64,000 nucleotides of DNA. It comes from Candidatus Latescibacterota bacterium (GTDB lineage: Bacteria; Latescibacterota; UBA2968). A program made the translations under genes and the position numbers. Below, in pieces: positions 18,246 through 30,022 of this stretch (positions are counted from its first letter, which is position 1; each line of letters starts with the position of its first letter). The DNA lies in the NCBI GenBank assembly GCA_965198115.1, contig OZ240241.1, positions 6,944,001 to 7,008,000 of the forward strand. The letters run 5' to 3'. The notes beneath the pieces were generated by a model, which worked only from the letters and a program-made list of their open reading frames with translations, had not been told where the DNA came from and made no database searches.

Positions 18246-19633
18246 GGTGAGGTCCCTATCCTAGTTGAAACTTAAAGGGCTCCAAACTTACGTTGTGGGT
18301 AGACGTGTGAGAGCGTGTACCCGTAAGAAAGGAGCCCACGATGGAGAAGCTATTTGCAGGGGATGGCGAAGTCAAGGTTGGGTCAGACGTTATGGATTTG
18401 GAGACGCGTTTATCGGTGATCCGGGCGCTGATTCCGCTGGGTCTGGAGGCCGTTGCCGACGTGCTCCAGCAGGAGGTGGAGCAGCTCGCAGGCGTTCGGT
18501 ATGCGCGTAAGGGTTCAGAGCAGTCGCATCGTCGATGGGGAAGCCAGAAAGGGTCCGTGTATCTGATGGACCAGAAGCTGCCGGTGGCCGTTCCCCGTGT
18601 GCGCGACGTCGAGTCCGATACGGAGGTTTCTCTGGCCGCATACCGGGGGATGCAGAGGCCCAGAGCGATGGATGAGAAGCTGCTGCTTCGTGTGCTCAAG
18701 GGAATCTCCTGTCGCAACTACAGAGCCTGTGCAGAGTCGGTACCCGAAGCGTTCGGAATCTCGGCATCCTCCGTCTCGCGACGGTTCATCAAAGCCACCG
18801 CAAAGAAGCTGAAGCAGTTCCAGGAACGACCGCTCGACGACTACGACTTGGTCGCCCTGTTCATCGACGGAAAGAGCTTTGCCGACGAAGAGATCGTGAT
18901 CGCTCCGGGCGTCACGACGGACGGCCAGAAGATCCCCCTGGGCTTCGTCGAATCGGCGACGGAGAACGAACGGATCTGCCGTCAGCTGATCCAGGATCTC
19001 ATCCGGAGAGGCCTGTGCTACGACCAGGGCCTTCTCGTTGTGCTGGACGGCTCAAAGGGACTCCGCAGTGCCGTCACCAAAGCCCTCAAAGGGGATGTGT
19101 GCGTGCATCGCTGTCAGTGGCACAAGCGCGAGAACGTCGTCAGCTACCTCCCGGAGGCAGAACGTCCAAGAGTTCGACGGAAACTTCAGAAAGCCTATGA
19201 CTGCGACACCTACGAGGAGGCAAAGGCCGCACTCGAATCACTCAAACCCGAACTCAAGCTGATGAATCAGTCTGCCGTGGCAAGCCTCGAGGAAGGACTG
19301 GAGGAAACCCTGACCCTCCACCGGCTGGGGATGCTCCCGTTCTTGAAGCGAAGCTTCCGAACCACCAATTGCATCGAGGCGCTCAACAGCATGACCGGCA
19401 ACCTGATACGGAAGGTCAACCGCTGGAACAACTCTCCTCAGCGACACAGATGGGTCGCGGCCGCACTCCTCGACATCGAACCACGCCTGCGACGCGTGAG
19501 CGGATACAAACACCTCCCGCTGCTCAGGCAAGCACTGAAAAACAACCTGAATCTCGGCGACAATCAAGATGCTCGGCAGAGAGCATGAATACCACGGAGC
19601 CCGATGAGTTTCAACTGACTATGGGACTTGACC
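18246..19633 (+). mobile_element. IS256-family insertion sequence
   Basis: Imperfect terminal IRs (GGTGAGGTCCC...AGTTGAAACT vs GGTCAAGTCCC...AGTTGAAACT, 19/27); 8-bp TSD ACCGACAC at 18238-18245 and 19634-19641. Confidence 0.95.
18341..19588 (+). CDS. IS256 family (mutator) DDE transposase, apparently intact
   Basis: VPRVRD, FIDGK, VLDGSKGL, RCQWHK, RTTNCIE motifs. Confidence 0.95.
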   Translation: MEKLFAGDGEVKVGSDVMDLETRLSVIRALIPLGLEAVADVLQQEVEQLAGVRYARKGSEQSHRRWGSQKGSVYLMDQKLPVAVPRVRDVESDTEVSLAAYRGMQRPRAMDEKLLLRVLKGISCRNYRACAESVPEAFGISASSVSRRFIKATAKKLKQFQERPLDDYDLVALFIDGKSFADEEIVIAPGVTTDGQKIPLGFVESATENERICRQLIQDLIRRGLCYDQGLLVVLDGSKGLRSAVTKALKGDVCVHRCQWHKRENVVSYLPEAERPRVRRKLQKAYDCDTYEEAKAALESLKPELKLMNQSAVASLEEGLEETLTLHRLGMLPFLKRSFRTTNCIEALNSMTGNLIRKVNRWNNSPQRHRWVAAALLDIEPRLRRVSGYKHLPLLRQALKNNLNLGDNQDARQRA

Positions 19634-20614
19634 ACCGACACGGGCGACCTCGGCTAACATGTCGTAGTAGTCGGTGGGGTTATCGGGACCGACACGTGTG
19701 TGGAAGCTGAGAATGATGTTGTCGCCGTTCGTGAGGTTGTTCGCCTCTTTTCGATCGGTCGACATGTTCGGTGGTTTGCGGATGTAGAACTGCCTCGACT
19801 CTTCTTTGGATGTTTCGAGACCAAGTACATCTGAGTTCCCCATCTCGAGCAGTCCCACTTTGTTCGTACGCTCGTCCATGTGCGGCTTTCCAACACCGCA
19901 CACACGCGATTCACGTGGATTCAATCGAATCGCGTTCTTCATGAATTTCACGATGTCTTCTGCTTCGGGATCTTCGAGATCGACTTCGTCGTCGTGGGGA
20001 ATGACGTGAAGATCGGCCAGCTTGGGCGGCAAACTCCCCGTGTCGGGGTAGGTCGTGTCCGTTTTAGTGATGAAGAGGTCGAACATGATCTGCGAGTAGA
20101 CACGGCGGGCGCCCGCTCCGGCCTTGTGGGCATACCGGAGGAACTGTCGCTTTTCCTGTTTCCGAATGTTCCCGACCGGCCGAAGCATGTAGGCCATCGG
20201 AATGCGCGGAGCCAGGTCGTCCAGCAGATTGTCGGGGAAGTGGATTCTGCCCATTACCTTGCAGTCGACCGTGTGCGGAACACGCTGGTGCAGGAACCAC
20301 AAGTGGAGAATTTCGCCCTTGCCCGAGAACATCGATTCGTCTTCGGCCTTTAGGCCGTCGGGTGTGGAGATGTAGAAGGCCTTATTCTGGACGAGCAGAT
20401 CGTCGCCGTGTTTAAACACGAACGCTCGATCCAGATTTTCATCCGCGTCTTCCCCATCGCTCGTCTTCAGAAGACTGCAGTTGACAGAATCCGGCGCCAT
20501 TTCCTGCAAGGTCTGCAGGATCTTTTCGAGCTCATCCTGTCTTCGCCCACCACCACTCTTTTTGAACGGGTTGAACATCCTTCGCTCTTCATCTCCAGTC
20601 GGGAACTGCCACCT

Positions 20615-21731
20615 TAGTGCATGGTTTCATAAATATTATTACGTATGTCCTGAACATTATTTGTAGCTTATGTTCTCCTTCAAAAGGAGGAGAACAATGC
20701 CAAGACGTTCGCCTTATGTGGTGCTACTGTCTGAGAAGGAACGGGTCGACCTCGAGCGAATGGCTGGACAATATACGTTACCGTATTATCAAGTGATCCG
20801 ATCGAAAATCGTGCTTCTCGCCGCCGAGGGATTATCCAACAAGATTATCGCCCAACGGTTGGATGTCCCGCGTCCGATCGTAAGCAAATGGCGTAAGCGC
20901 TTTTTCGAAGAGCGTCTTTCGGGACTCGAAGATAGATCTCGTCCCGGGCGCCCGCCCGGTTTTCCCCCCTCAGGTGGTCGTTCAGATCAAGGCGCTGGCG
21001 TGTGAACTACCGAGCGAGAGCGGGATACCGCTCTCGCGGTTCAGCTGTTCCGAGATTGCCGCCGAGGCAGTGCAAAGGGGCTTCGTTGCCAAGATCAGCG
21101 GCGCCACTGTCTGGCGCTGGTTGAACGAGGACGCGATTCGTCCTTGGTATCATCGCTCCTGGATTTTCCCACGGGACCCGGACTTCCAAACCAAAGCAGG
21201 TAGAGTCCTTGATCTGTATCACCGCCAATGGCAAGGAAAGCCTTTAGGGCCGAGGGAATATGTACTTTCTGCCGACGAAAAGACCAGTATTCTTCGGGTA
21301 TCGAGCCCTTCAACCGGCTCCTGAGCCTGATCATGAGCCGGAAACCCTATTGCTCGGCAAAGAAAGTCTACCTCATCGTGGATAATGGCTCCTCGCACCG
21401 AGGGCAAACATGCATCGACCGTATCCAGGGGAAGTGGCCAAACATCCACCCCGTTCACCTTCCGATCCACGCAAGCTGGCTCAATCAGATCGAGATCTAC
21501 TTCTCGATCCTCAAACGCAAGGCTCTGACACCTATCGAATTTGCATCGCTCGAAGAGCTTGAGGCAAGAATCCTCGGTTTTCAGGAACGCTACGGACGTA
21601 TCGCCACACCCTTCAAATGGAAGTTCACACGAACAGATCTCGCGGAGATGATCGACAAACTCAGGTTCTACGATACGCCCTTGGCAAAGTCTGCTTATAA
21701 TACGTCACCGTATTTGAGAACAGGAGTACTA
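20615..21731 (+). mobile_element. IS630-family insertion sequence, defective
   Basis: TA at both ends, imperfect ~32-bp IRs (TAGTGCATGGTTTCATAAATA... vs TAGTACTCCTGTTCTCAAATA..., 20/32). Confidence 0.85.
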
Positions 21732-21746
21732 AGCCCAATGAATTAA
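20670..21746 (+). pseudogene. IS630 transposase in three frames with an internal deletion
   Basis: HTH with KWRKRF...RPGRP; KALACELP...SADEKTSI; LIVDNGSSH, HASWLNQIEIYFS; the segment normally between DEKTSI and GIEPF appears missing. Confidence 0.85.
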
Positions 21747-21770
21747 ACGGGTTTAGGGCGTATTCGGGGA

Positions 21771-21799
21771 ATGGTACTATAATGACAGACCTTTGTCAA
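21771..21799 (-). promoter_or_regulatory. sigma70-type promoter of the PilZ-like gene, now displaced by IS630
   Basis: TTGACA-17 nt-TACCAT on the minus strand. Confidence 0.5.
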
Positions 21800-21998
21800 T
21801 CGTATTTCCCCGGCAGGAATGGGCCCGGTTGACAGCCCATCTGGACCGTCGTAAGTTCGTGAATACACCACAACAACCCGCGCAAAGCTATTCCATTCCG
21901 TCTTGGTCTGATGTGTTCTGGAACACACGGAGCGAATCAGTCGGGGCCGATCCAAAAATCTTACATCACATTGTTTTTAATAATGTTAGGCTGAAAAA

Positions 21999-22496
21999 TT
22001 GCCCGGAAAAGACCATCTGATCGGCATCATGGCCGATTCTCACGACAACAAAAACGCCGTTCTGGCGGCGGTCCGCCTTTTTAACGATCGGCAGATCGGG
22101 CTACTTCTTCACGCAGGAGATTACATCGCGCCCTTCAATGCCGGGTGGATGTCGGACCTCCAAGCCCCGATGATCGGCGTCTTCGGGAACAACGACGGCG
22201 AACGATTCGGACTGCGTGCGATGTTCAAGGCGAAGGGCGCCATCCATCGAGCTCCGTATCGTTTCGACCACGGGGGAAAGCGGTTTTTGATGCTGCACGA
22301 GCCCGACGAGGTCGACGCCCTGGCACAAAGCGGTGTCTACGATGTGATCGTTTACGGCCACACGCACACGATCGATGTTCGCGAAGGTGCGACGCTCGTG
22401 ATCAACCCGGGCGAAACCGGCGGCTGGACAACCGGCCGGTCTACCGCCGCACTTCTGGATCTGGATACCGCGTCGGTCGAGATCGTGGATTTGTGA
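21999..22496 (+). CDS. YfcE/MJ0936 family metallophosphoesterase
   Basis: DSHDN, HAGD, GNNDG, YGHTH, INPG. Confidence 0.9.
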   Translation: MPGKDHLIGIMADSHDNKNAVLAAVRLFNDRQIGLLLHAGDYIAPFNAGWMSDLQAPMIGVFGNNDGERFGLRAMFKAKGAIHRAPYRFDHGGKRFLMLHEPDEVDALAQSGVYDVIVYGHTHTIDVREGATLVINPGETGGWTTGRSTAALLDLDTASVEIVDL

Positions 22497-22927
22497 TTTT
22501 TCGCTGGCTCCGACGCATTCGCCGAATCCGCGGGCACCGGCGCTCCTCACGTCGCCCCTACCGACCCCGCCGACTTTCACGCCGTTCCGCACACGACGCC
22601 TACTGCCGAGCATTATGGCCCGATCGGCGCTCGAGCCTCGCTCACGAGATCATTCGGATTCCGGCTTATGCTCGCACGGGGCAGCGGGCACCCCATCGGT
22701 TCGAGTGGCGGGGCCATTGGTATCGCGTCGTGGATGTGGGAGCCGTGTGGCGGGACGAGCGAAAAGACCATCCTCGTCGGACCTACTTTGCGATCGTGAC
22801 GGAACGGGGAGAACTCGTTCAGCTGTGTTTCGAATTACAAGGTAAAGAGGGATGCTGGAAGATCTACCGAAGAGTGTCGACACGGCTCACTTCAGGGTGG
22901 AGCGTGGAGACTCGCTCGAGCGGTTGA
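22493..22927 (+). CDS. DUF6504-like small protein
   Basis: PHRFEWRGHWYRVVDV...W...RTYFAIVTERG...L...WKIYR; GTG overlaps the upstream TGA. Confidence 0.5.
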   Translation: MIFRWLRRIRRIRGHRRSSRRPYRPRRLSRRSAHDAYCRALWPDRRSSLAHEIIRIPAYARTGQRAPHRFEWRGHWYRVVDVGAVWRDERKDHPRRTYFAIVTERGELVQLCFELQGKEGCWKIYRRVSTRLTSGWSVETRSSG

Positions 22928-24732
22928 AAGAGACGCTCGATCTGCTGCCGCGTGCGCCTGGCGTTTACCTGATGAGGGATGCGTCTGGCAAGATCATTTA
23001 CATCGGTAAAGCCAAATCGCTTCGCAGTCGTGTCAGGTCCTACTTCACTCCGCGAGCCTTCGACGGGCGGGGGCAATTCATTGCCCTGGTTTCGAACGTG
23101 CGTGAGGTGGAGTACATCGTTACGGACACCGACCGCGAAGCGCTGATGCTCGAGGCCAATCTTGTCAAAGAGCACAAACCGCGCTACAACATCACCCTCA
23201 AAGACGACAAGAAGTATCCCTTCATAAAGATCACGGACGAACCCTTTCCACGAATCATCGTCACCCGCGATGTTGAGAAGGATGGGGGACGGTATCTCGG
23301 TCCCTACACCGACGTCAAAGCGATGCGTCGGATGCTCAAGGTCATGCACAAGCTCTTTCGCGTTCGGAGCTGCGACTATGATCTGCCGAGCAAGCACGTC
23401 CGCCTTTGTATCGACTACGAGATCGGTCGGTGTGACGGGCCGTGTGAGGCGCTGATTTCGACATCGGACTACCAGAAGCTGATCGATGATGCGGCACTGT
23501 TCTTGGCGGGCCGGCGGTCCGAGGTGGCTGCGATTCTACGGCGTCAAATGGACCGTGCGTCGTCCGAGCTCCGGTTCGAGGAGGCGGCGATCTATCGCGA
23601 CCGGCTCGATGCGCTGGAACGTGTGACGAATCGTCAAAAAGTGGTTTCGCAGAATTCGGACGACTGGGATCTGATCGCGGTGGCGCGCGAAGACGATGAA
23701 GCCTGCGGTGTCGTGATGGAGGTCAGGGAAGGGCGGCTGATCGGCCGACAACACTACTTTCTGGGTGGCGTGCTGGAGGCGCCCGCAGAGGAGGTTGTCT
23801 CCTCGTTCGTGCGTCTGTTCTACCTCACCGCATCTTTCGTTCCCAGGGAGATCCACTTGCCGTGCGAACCCGAAGACGCCGGCACGATTTCGGAGTGGCT
23901 CGCCGAGCGAGCGGATGGGGCAGTGATCCTGCACGTTCCTCAAAGAGGCACCAAGGCCCAGCTGCTCAAGATGGCGGAAAACAACGCGGGGATTCTGCTT
24001 GCGGAGCGACGGCTGAAGCGTGAAAACCGAAAGACCCAGGTCCCCGCGTCAGTCAGTGCCCTGCAGCGAGATCTGCACCTCGACGACCCTCCGCGTCGGA
24101 TCGAGGCGATGGATATTTCGAACATCCAGGGAAGAGACCCTGTCGCTTCGGTGGTCACGTTCATCGATGGTCGACCGTCGAAGCGAAATTACCGCCACTA
24201 CAAGATCACGGGCATCGATGGTCCAGACGATTTTGCCATGATGCGACAGGTCGTCACTCGACGGTTTCAGAAGCTCAAGGAGGAAAAGGAGGCCTTCCCC
24301 GACCTGTTGCTGATCGATGGGGGGAAAGGTCAGCTCTCGAGCGCGATTCACGCGCTGAGGAGTCTGGATATCGAGGACCAGCCGGTGATCGGGTTGGCCA
24401 AGCGGTTGGAGGAGGTCTTTCTACCAGAGCATTCGGATCCGCAGAACATTCCGAAGACCTCGGCGTCGCTTCGTCTGCTGCAACAGCTGCGCGACGAGTC
24501 ACATCGTTTCGCGGTGTCCTTCCATCGGAAGGTACGGTCCAAGCGGACTCTGCATTCGGAGCTGGAAAACATCGGCGGCGTCGGGCCCGCGAGGCGGAAG
24601 CTGCTGTTGAGGCATTTCGGGTCGATGAAGCGGCTGCGTGATGCCACCGCTGAAGATATCGCGGATGTGGAAGGAGTTGGCCCCAAGCTGGCGGCCGCCA
24701 TCGCGTCGGCACTCCGAGATCCCAATGGCTGA
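22897..24732 (+). CDS. uvrC: Excinuclease ABC subunit C
   Basis: GIY-YIG (PGVYLM, IYIGKAKSLRSRV), PDLLLIDGGKGQL, RDESHRFA, HhH C-terminus; start uncertain (22852-22897). Confidence 0.96.
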   Translation: MERGDSLERLKETLDLLPRAPGVYLMRDASGKIIYIGKAKSLRSRVRSYFTPRAFDGRGQFIALVSNVREVEYIVTDTDREALMLEANLVKEHKPRYNITLKDDKKYPFIKITDEPFPRIIVTRDVEKDGGRYLGPYTDVKAMRRMLKVMHKLFRVRSCDYDLPSKHVRLCIDYEIGRCDGPCEALISTSDYQKLIDDAALFLAGRRSEVAAILRRQMDRASSELRFEEAAIYRDRLDALERVTNRQKVVSQNSDDWDLIAVAREDDEACGVVMEVREGRLIGRQHYFLGGVLEAPAEEVVSSFVRLFYLTASFVPREIHLPCEPEDAGTISEWLAERADGAVILHVPQRGTKAQLLKMAENNAGILLAERRLKRENRKTQVPASVSALQRDLHLDDPPRRIEAMDISNIQGRDPVASVVTFIDGRPSKRNYRHYKITGIDGPDDFAMMRQVVTRRFQKLKEEKEAFPDLLLIDGGKGQLSSAIHALRSLDIEDQPVIGLAKRLEEVFLPEHSDPQNIPKTSASLRLLQQLRDESHRFAVSFHRKVRSKRTLHSELENIGGVGPARRKLLLRHFGSMKRLRDATAEDIADVEGVGPKLAAAIASALRDPNG

Positions 24733-25222
24733 GGAACAGACCACGACGTTGAAGACCGATCTTGGTAACGTCTACGTGGATTGGATCGACGAGACTCTCA
24801 AGGAAATCCGACTGGGGGATTCGACACGGCGAGGCGAGCGCGAGGTGTCATCCACAGGTGTTTCGGTCTCGGTCGATCGGGATGAAGTCGTGGACCTGCT
24901 CGAGAGATACTTCGAGGGAGAGTGTGTGCTGTTTCCAACTCTGGATCTCGAGGGATTCACGACTTTTCAGCGGGCGGTCTGGGAAGCGGCTCAGGACGTG
25001 CCGTTCGGCAGGACGGCGAGCTACGGCCACATCGCTTCGAACATAGGACGCCCGGAGTCCGCTCGTGCGGTAGGAGCCGCCCTCGGCCAGAATCCTTTTC
25101 CACCCCTGATCCCGTGTCATCGCATTGTATCCTCCACTGGTCGCCTGACGGGCTTCGCGTTCGGACTCGCGTGGAAGCGCGCCCTCCTGGACCTCGAGCA
25201 CCCACAACAGACGCTGTTTTGA
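24725..25222 (+). CDS. ogt: Methylated-DNA--protein-cysteine methyltransferase
   Basis: SYGHIA, ARAVG, IPCHRIV active site. Confidence 0.92.
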   Translation: MAEEQTTTLKTDLGNVYVDWIDETLKEIRLGDSTRRGEREVSSTGVSVSVDRDEVVDLLERYFEGECVLFPTLDLEGFTTFQRAVWEAAQDVPFGRTASYGHIASNIGRPESARAVGAALGQNPFPPLIPCHRIVSSTGRLTGFAFGLAWKRALLDLEHPQQTLF

Positions 25223-26151
25223 ATACCTCGTCTTCGGCAGTTTTTCCGCCGCTGGCCGACGCTTTAGAGGAACCGCTCAGCTTCTTCCTCGACCACATTC
25301 GACTGGAGCGGGGTCTTTCAGACCATACGGTCGAGGCCTACGGGCGGGACCTGACGCGCTACTTGCGTGCCGTGTCAGAGGAAGGCACGTGTGACGTGGC
25401 AGACATTCGACCGGATAACATCTCCGAGCACTTGCGTAGACTGACCGATCTCGGGCTGGCCCCTTCGAGTGTCGGAAGATGTCTGACGGCAATTCGGATG
25501 TTCCACCGGTTTCTGACGGCGGAGGGGAGGGTGGCGGAGCTTCCGACAGAGCACCTTTCGCCTCCCAAGGTTGGTCGAAAACTTCCGACGGTTTTGACGA
25601 TCGGTGAAATGGATCGTCTGCTTACTTCGCCCGACCCGAGCACCGCACTCGGATCACGCGACCGCGCTCTGCTGGAAACGATGTATGGAGCGGGTCTGCG
25701 TGTGTCCGAAGTCACCAGTCTGGTGCCCGAGCAGATTCTGTTCGATTTCGAAGTGATTCGAGTCGTTGGAAAAGGGAGGAAGGAGCGGGTGGTGCCCGTC
25801 GGGGAGCGGGCGCGAGCTTGCCTAACATCCTATGTAAGCGGCGCACGGGAGTCTCTTGCCCGATCGTCTTCCCCCCACTCAGTGTTCCTGAACTTCCGAG
25901 GGGGTCAACTTTCCAGAATGGGTGTTTATAAGATTCTCGGGGGGCACGTTCAACGGGTCGGAATCGACAAGACCGTCAGTCCTCACACGCTGAGGCACTC
26001 GTTCGCGACGCACCTGCTGGAGGGAGGCGCCGATCTGCGGGCCGTTCAGGAGATGCTCGGACACTCTGACATTTCCACGACTCAGATCTACACGCATATC
26101 GATCGGGAATACTTGAAGGAAGTTCATCGGTCCTTTCACCCCCGGGCGTAG
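25219..26151 (+). CDS. xerD: Site-specific tyrosine recombinase XerD
   Basis: ERGLSDHTVEAYGRDL, RDRALLE, GLRVSE, SPHTLRHSFATHLL, LGHSDISTTQIYTH. Confidence 0.92.
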   Translation: MNTSSSAVFPPLADALEEPLSFFLDHIRLERGLSDHTVEAYGRDLTRYLRAVSEEGTCDVADIRPDNISEHLRRLTDLGLAPSSVGRCLTAIRMFHRFLTAEGRVAELPTEHLSPPKVGRKLPTVLTIGEMDRLLTSPDPSTALGSRDRALLETMYGAGLRVSEVTSLVPEQILFDFEVIRVVGKGRKERVVPVGERARACLTSYVSGARESLARSSSPHSVFLNFRGGQLSRMGVYKILGGHVQRVGIDKTVSPHTLRHSFATHLLEGGADLRAVQEMLGHSDISTTQIYTHIDREYLKEVHRSFHPRA

Positions 26152-26164
26152 ATCAGACAAAAAC

Positions 26165-26207
26165 GAAAGAGGGCCTTCGACTGATGTCGAAGGCTCTTTC
26201 TTTTTTT
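26165..26207. terminator. Intrinsic terminator between convergent xerD and degP
   Basis: GAAAGAGGGCCTTCGAC-TGAT-GTCGAAGGCTCTTTC hairpin with T-tract downstream and A-rich sequence upstream. Confidence 0.8.
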
Positions 26208-26221
26208 GGGTAAACGAGCGG

Positions 26222-27679
<1,458 letters not shown>

Positions 27680-27786
27680 GGGGAGATGACTCCTTGGTAC
27701 AGTTTATGACGACGATGAGAGTGTGTTTTCGGGATTATACTCGGCGCTGTCGGGAAGGTTCCACAAAAGGTGCGGCTGGAAGATGC

Positions 27787-29298
27787 TTACAAACCGTATT
27801 GTCGAATCTTGCGGTAAAGCGTGCGTTCGGCCATGTGTAGCAGCCGAGCCGCCTGCTTCCGGTGACCGTCGGTGACTTTCAACGCACGCACGATCGCGTC
27901 ACGCTCGACTTCACGCATGGGTTTTACCTCTCCGTCTATTTGTGCTCCCGTGTTCGTTTCCGAAAATTCGACCTCTGTCCCGCGGTCGATGATATCCGAT
28001 TCAGGTTCGTAAATGGGAAGTGGTCGGACTTCGGCCGTTTCGGGCGCGAGGAGTTTGGCCTTGAGCTCCTTGATGTCTTTGGCCACTTCCAGGATCGCCC
28101 AATAGAGCAGATCTCTGGAGGATTCTTCGGGTGTTTTCCCAAGGTGCACGGGAAGGGTTTGACTCGGTTCGGTCTGCTGGTAGCCGTCGTCGTGGAGGTA
28201 GGAGGCGACCTGAGACGCTCCGATCTTTCGATCGACGGAAAGGACCATCAGCCGTTCCACCAGGTTTCTCAATTCTCGAATGTTTCCCGGCCACGGATAT
28301 CGTCGGAGTGCATCCATTCCATCGGGTTGGATTTCTACGGGCGGCACACCGTGCTCCTGGCTGATGGCCTCGGTGAACCGTGCCACGAGCAGTTGAATGT
28401 CCTCCGGACGCGATCGTAGTGGAGGCATCCGAACCTCGACCACTTTGAGCCGGTAGTAGAGGTCTCGACGGAAGCGGCCCTCGGCGACGGCCCTTCCGAG
28501 ATCCTGGTTCGTTGCGGCGATGACGCGCACATCCACACGAATCGACGTGCTGTTGCCAAGACGCGAGAACTCCTTGCGTTCCAGAACGTGAAGGAGACGG
28601 ACCTGCGCCGACAAGGACATCTCGCCGATCTCGTCGAGGAATACGGTCCCCCCGTCGGCTGACTCGAATAGACCCTCGCGACGTGTTCTGGCGTCCGTGA
28701 ACGCTCCCTTCTCGTGACCAAAAAGCTCGCTCTCGAGCAAAGTCTCCGGGATGGATCCACAGTTGAGAGTCAGAAAAGGCCCCGATGCATGTGGGCTCCG
28801 CTCGTGGATAACTTCGGCGATGAGAGTCTTGCCGGTACCGCTCTCTCCCGTGATCAGGACGTTGACTGGAGTGGGAGCGATCTGGTCGATGACCTGACGA
28901 ACCTGCTGGATGTCTGCCGACCGTCCGAGTATCCGGGGCACGTCTTCCTGATGCTGGCCGTTAACGAGGCTCGCGAGGGCGTGCTTCAGTTGAGATCTCT
29001 CGACGGGGCTGCTCAGATAGGCATCGGGAGACAGATCGGGGGTGTGCGGTGGCGAGGACGATGACAGGACGGCGAACACGAACGGGGGTTGATCCAAGCC
29101 GGCGATCTCCGGACCGATTTCGCGAGCTGCATCCGCCAGGCTGGCCTCGTCGAGGACGACCAGGTCGAGTCCCCGACTGAGCAGCTTTCGGGCGGGGCCG
29201 ACCGTGTTCGATCCGATCGTCTGCCAGCCTTCATCTTCGAGGAGCTTTCGGAGCTCCGCCGAGAGCGTGGCGTCTTGTGTGATGACCAGGGATTCCAT
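27787..29298 (-). CDS. sigma54-dependent transcriptional regulator (degenerate REC-AAA+-Fis HTH)
   Basis: [44 protein letters not shown]. Confidence 0.92.
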   Translation of the reverse strand: MESLVITQDATLSAELRKLLEDEGWQTIGSNTVGPARKLLSRGLDLVVLDEASLADAAREIGPEIAGLDQPPFVFAVLSSSSPPHTPDLSPDAYLSSPVERSQLKHALASLVNGQHQEDVPRILGRSADIQQVRQVIDQIAPTPVNVLITGESGTGKTLIAEVIHERSPHASGPFLTLNCGSIPETLLESELFGHEKGAFTDARTRREGLFESADGGTVFLDEIGEMSLSAQVRLLHVLERKEFSRLGNSTSIRVDVRVIAATNQDLGRAVAEGRFRRDLYYRLKVVEVRMPPLRSRPEDIQLLVARFTEAISQEHGVPPVEIQPDGMDALRRYPWPGNIRELRNLVERLMVLSVDRKIGASQVASYLHDDGYQQTEPSQTLPVHLGKTPEESSRDLLYWAILEVAKDIKELKAKLLAPETAEVRPLPIYEPESDIIDRGTEVEFSETNTGAQIDGEVKPMREVERDAIVRALKVTDGHRKQAARLLHMAERTLYRKIRQYGL

Positions 29299-29312
29299 CG
29301 TTACGGGATTCG

Positions 29313-29986
29313 TCAGTCCTGATTTTTGAGGTCTGCGCCGACGATCAGAAGGTCACGACCCCTCGGTTCGATGTAACCCTGGTTCTCGAGCCGTTTGAGG
29401 ATACGGGAAACCGTTTCGCGGGTCGTTCCTGACATGTTCGCGAGATCCTGATGGGTCGGGCGATCTTTGATGAGGACCCCTTCCTGAATGGCCACGCCCT
29501 GTTCGTCGGCGAGTTGCAACAATGTCTGTGTGATCCTGCCTGTGACGTCGGAGAGCGCCAGACCCTCGATTTTTCGATCGGTCACGCGGAGACGGCTGGC
29601 CAGGACGGAAAGCAGTTTGATGGCGGTCTGGGGAGATTTTTGTATAAAGCGCAGGAAATCGGCCCGACGGACCATGTGAGGAGTTCGGTTTCCTGAGTCG
29701 TTGTCACGTTGGCCGACCGGGGGTGACCGTCGAGCAAAGACATTTCGCCAAAGAAATTACCCTCGCCCAGGATCGAGAGTATGACCTCGCGTCCGTCTTC
29801 GCTGACGATACTGACTTTGACCTGGCCATCGTGAATCACGAACAGGCTGTCACCCTCCTCTTCGGCCATGATGACGACACGATCTTTCGGGAAGGTGCGT
29901 AGCAGAGCAACCTGGGACAGCGCATCCAGCTCGCTATCGGACAGTTCCTCGAAGAGCGGAACACGCTTGAGTAGTTCGCTATGCAT
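29313..29986 (-). pseudogene. Crp/Fnr family transcriptional regulator, frameshifted
   Basis: cNMP domain (FFGEMSLLDGHPRSA) in one frame, HTH (THQDLANMSGTTRETVSR) in another; two extra bases near 29676. Confidence 0.85.
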
Positions 29987-30022
29987 CGATCCCTCCTGAT
30001 CCTTGTGACACGGTAAAATCCA

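Larger units (their letters stand above)
17737..20578 (-). pseudogene. PilZ-like protein (481 aa when rejoined) interrupted by IS256
   Basis: Removing the IS and one TSD copy joins ...AEVARVG|TENMTVRASDF... in frame; QEKRQFLR (RxxxR) and DFSIGG (DxSxxG) motifs, GKIVRVE...LGLKF end. Confidence 0.75.

Noticed and set aside
21881-21895. Minus-strand TGGAATAGCTTTGCG as sigma54 promoter
   Set aside because: Only 9 nt between GG and GC instead of 10
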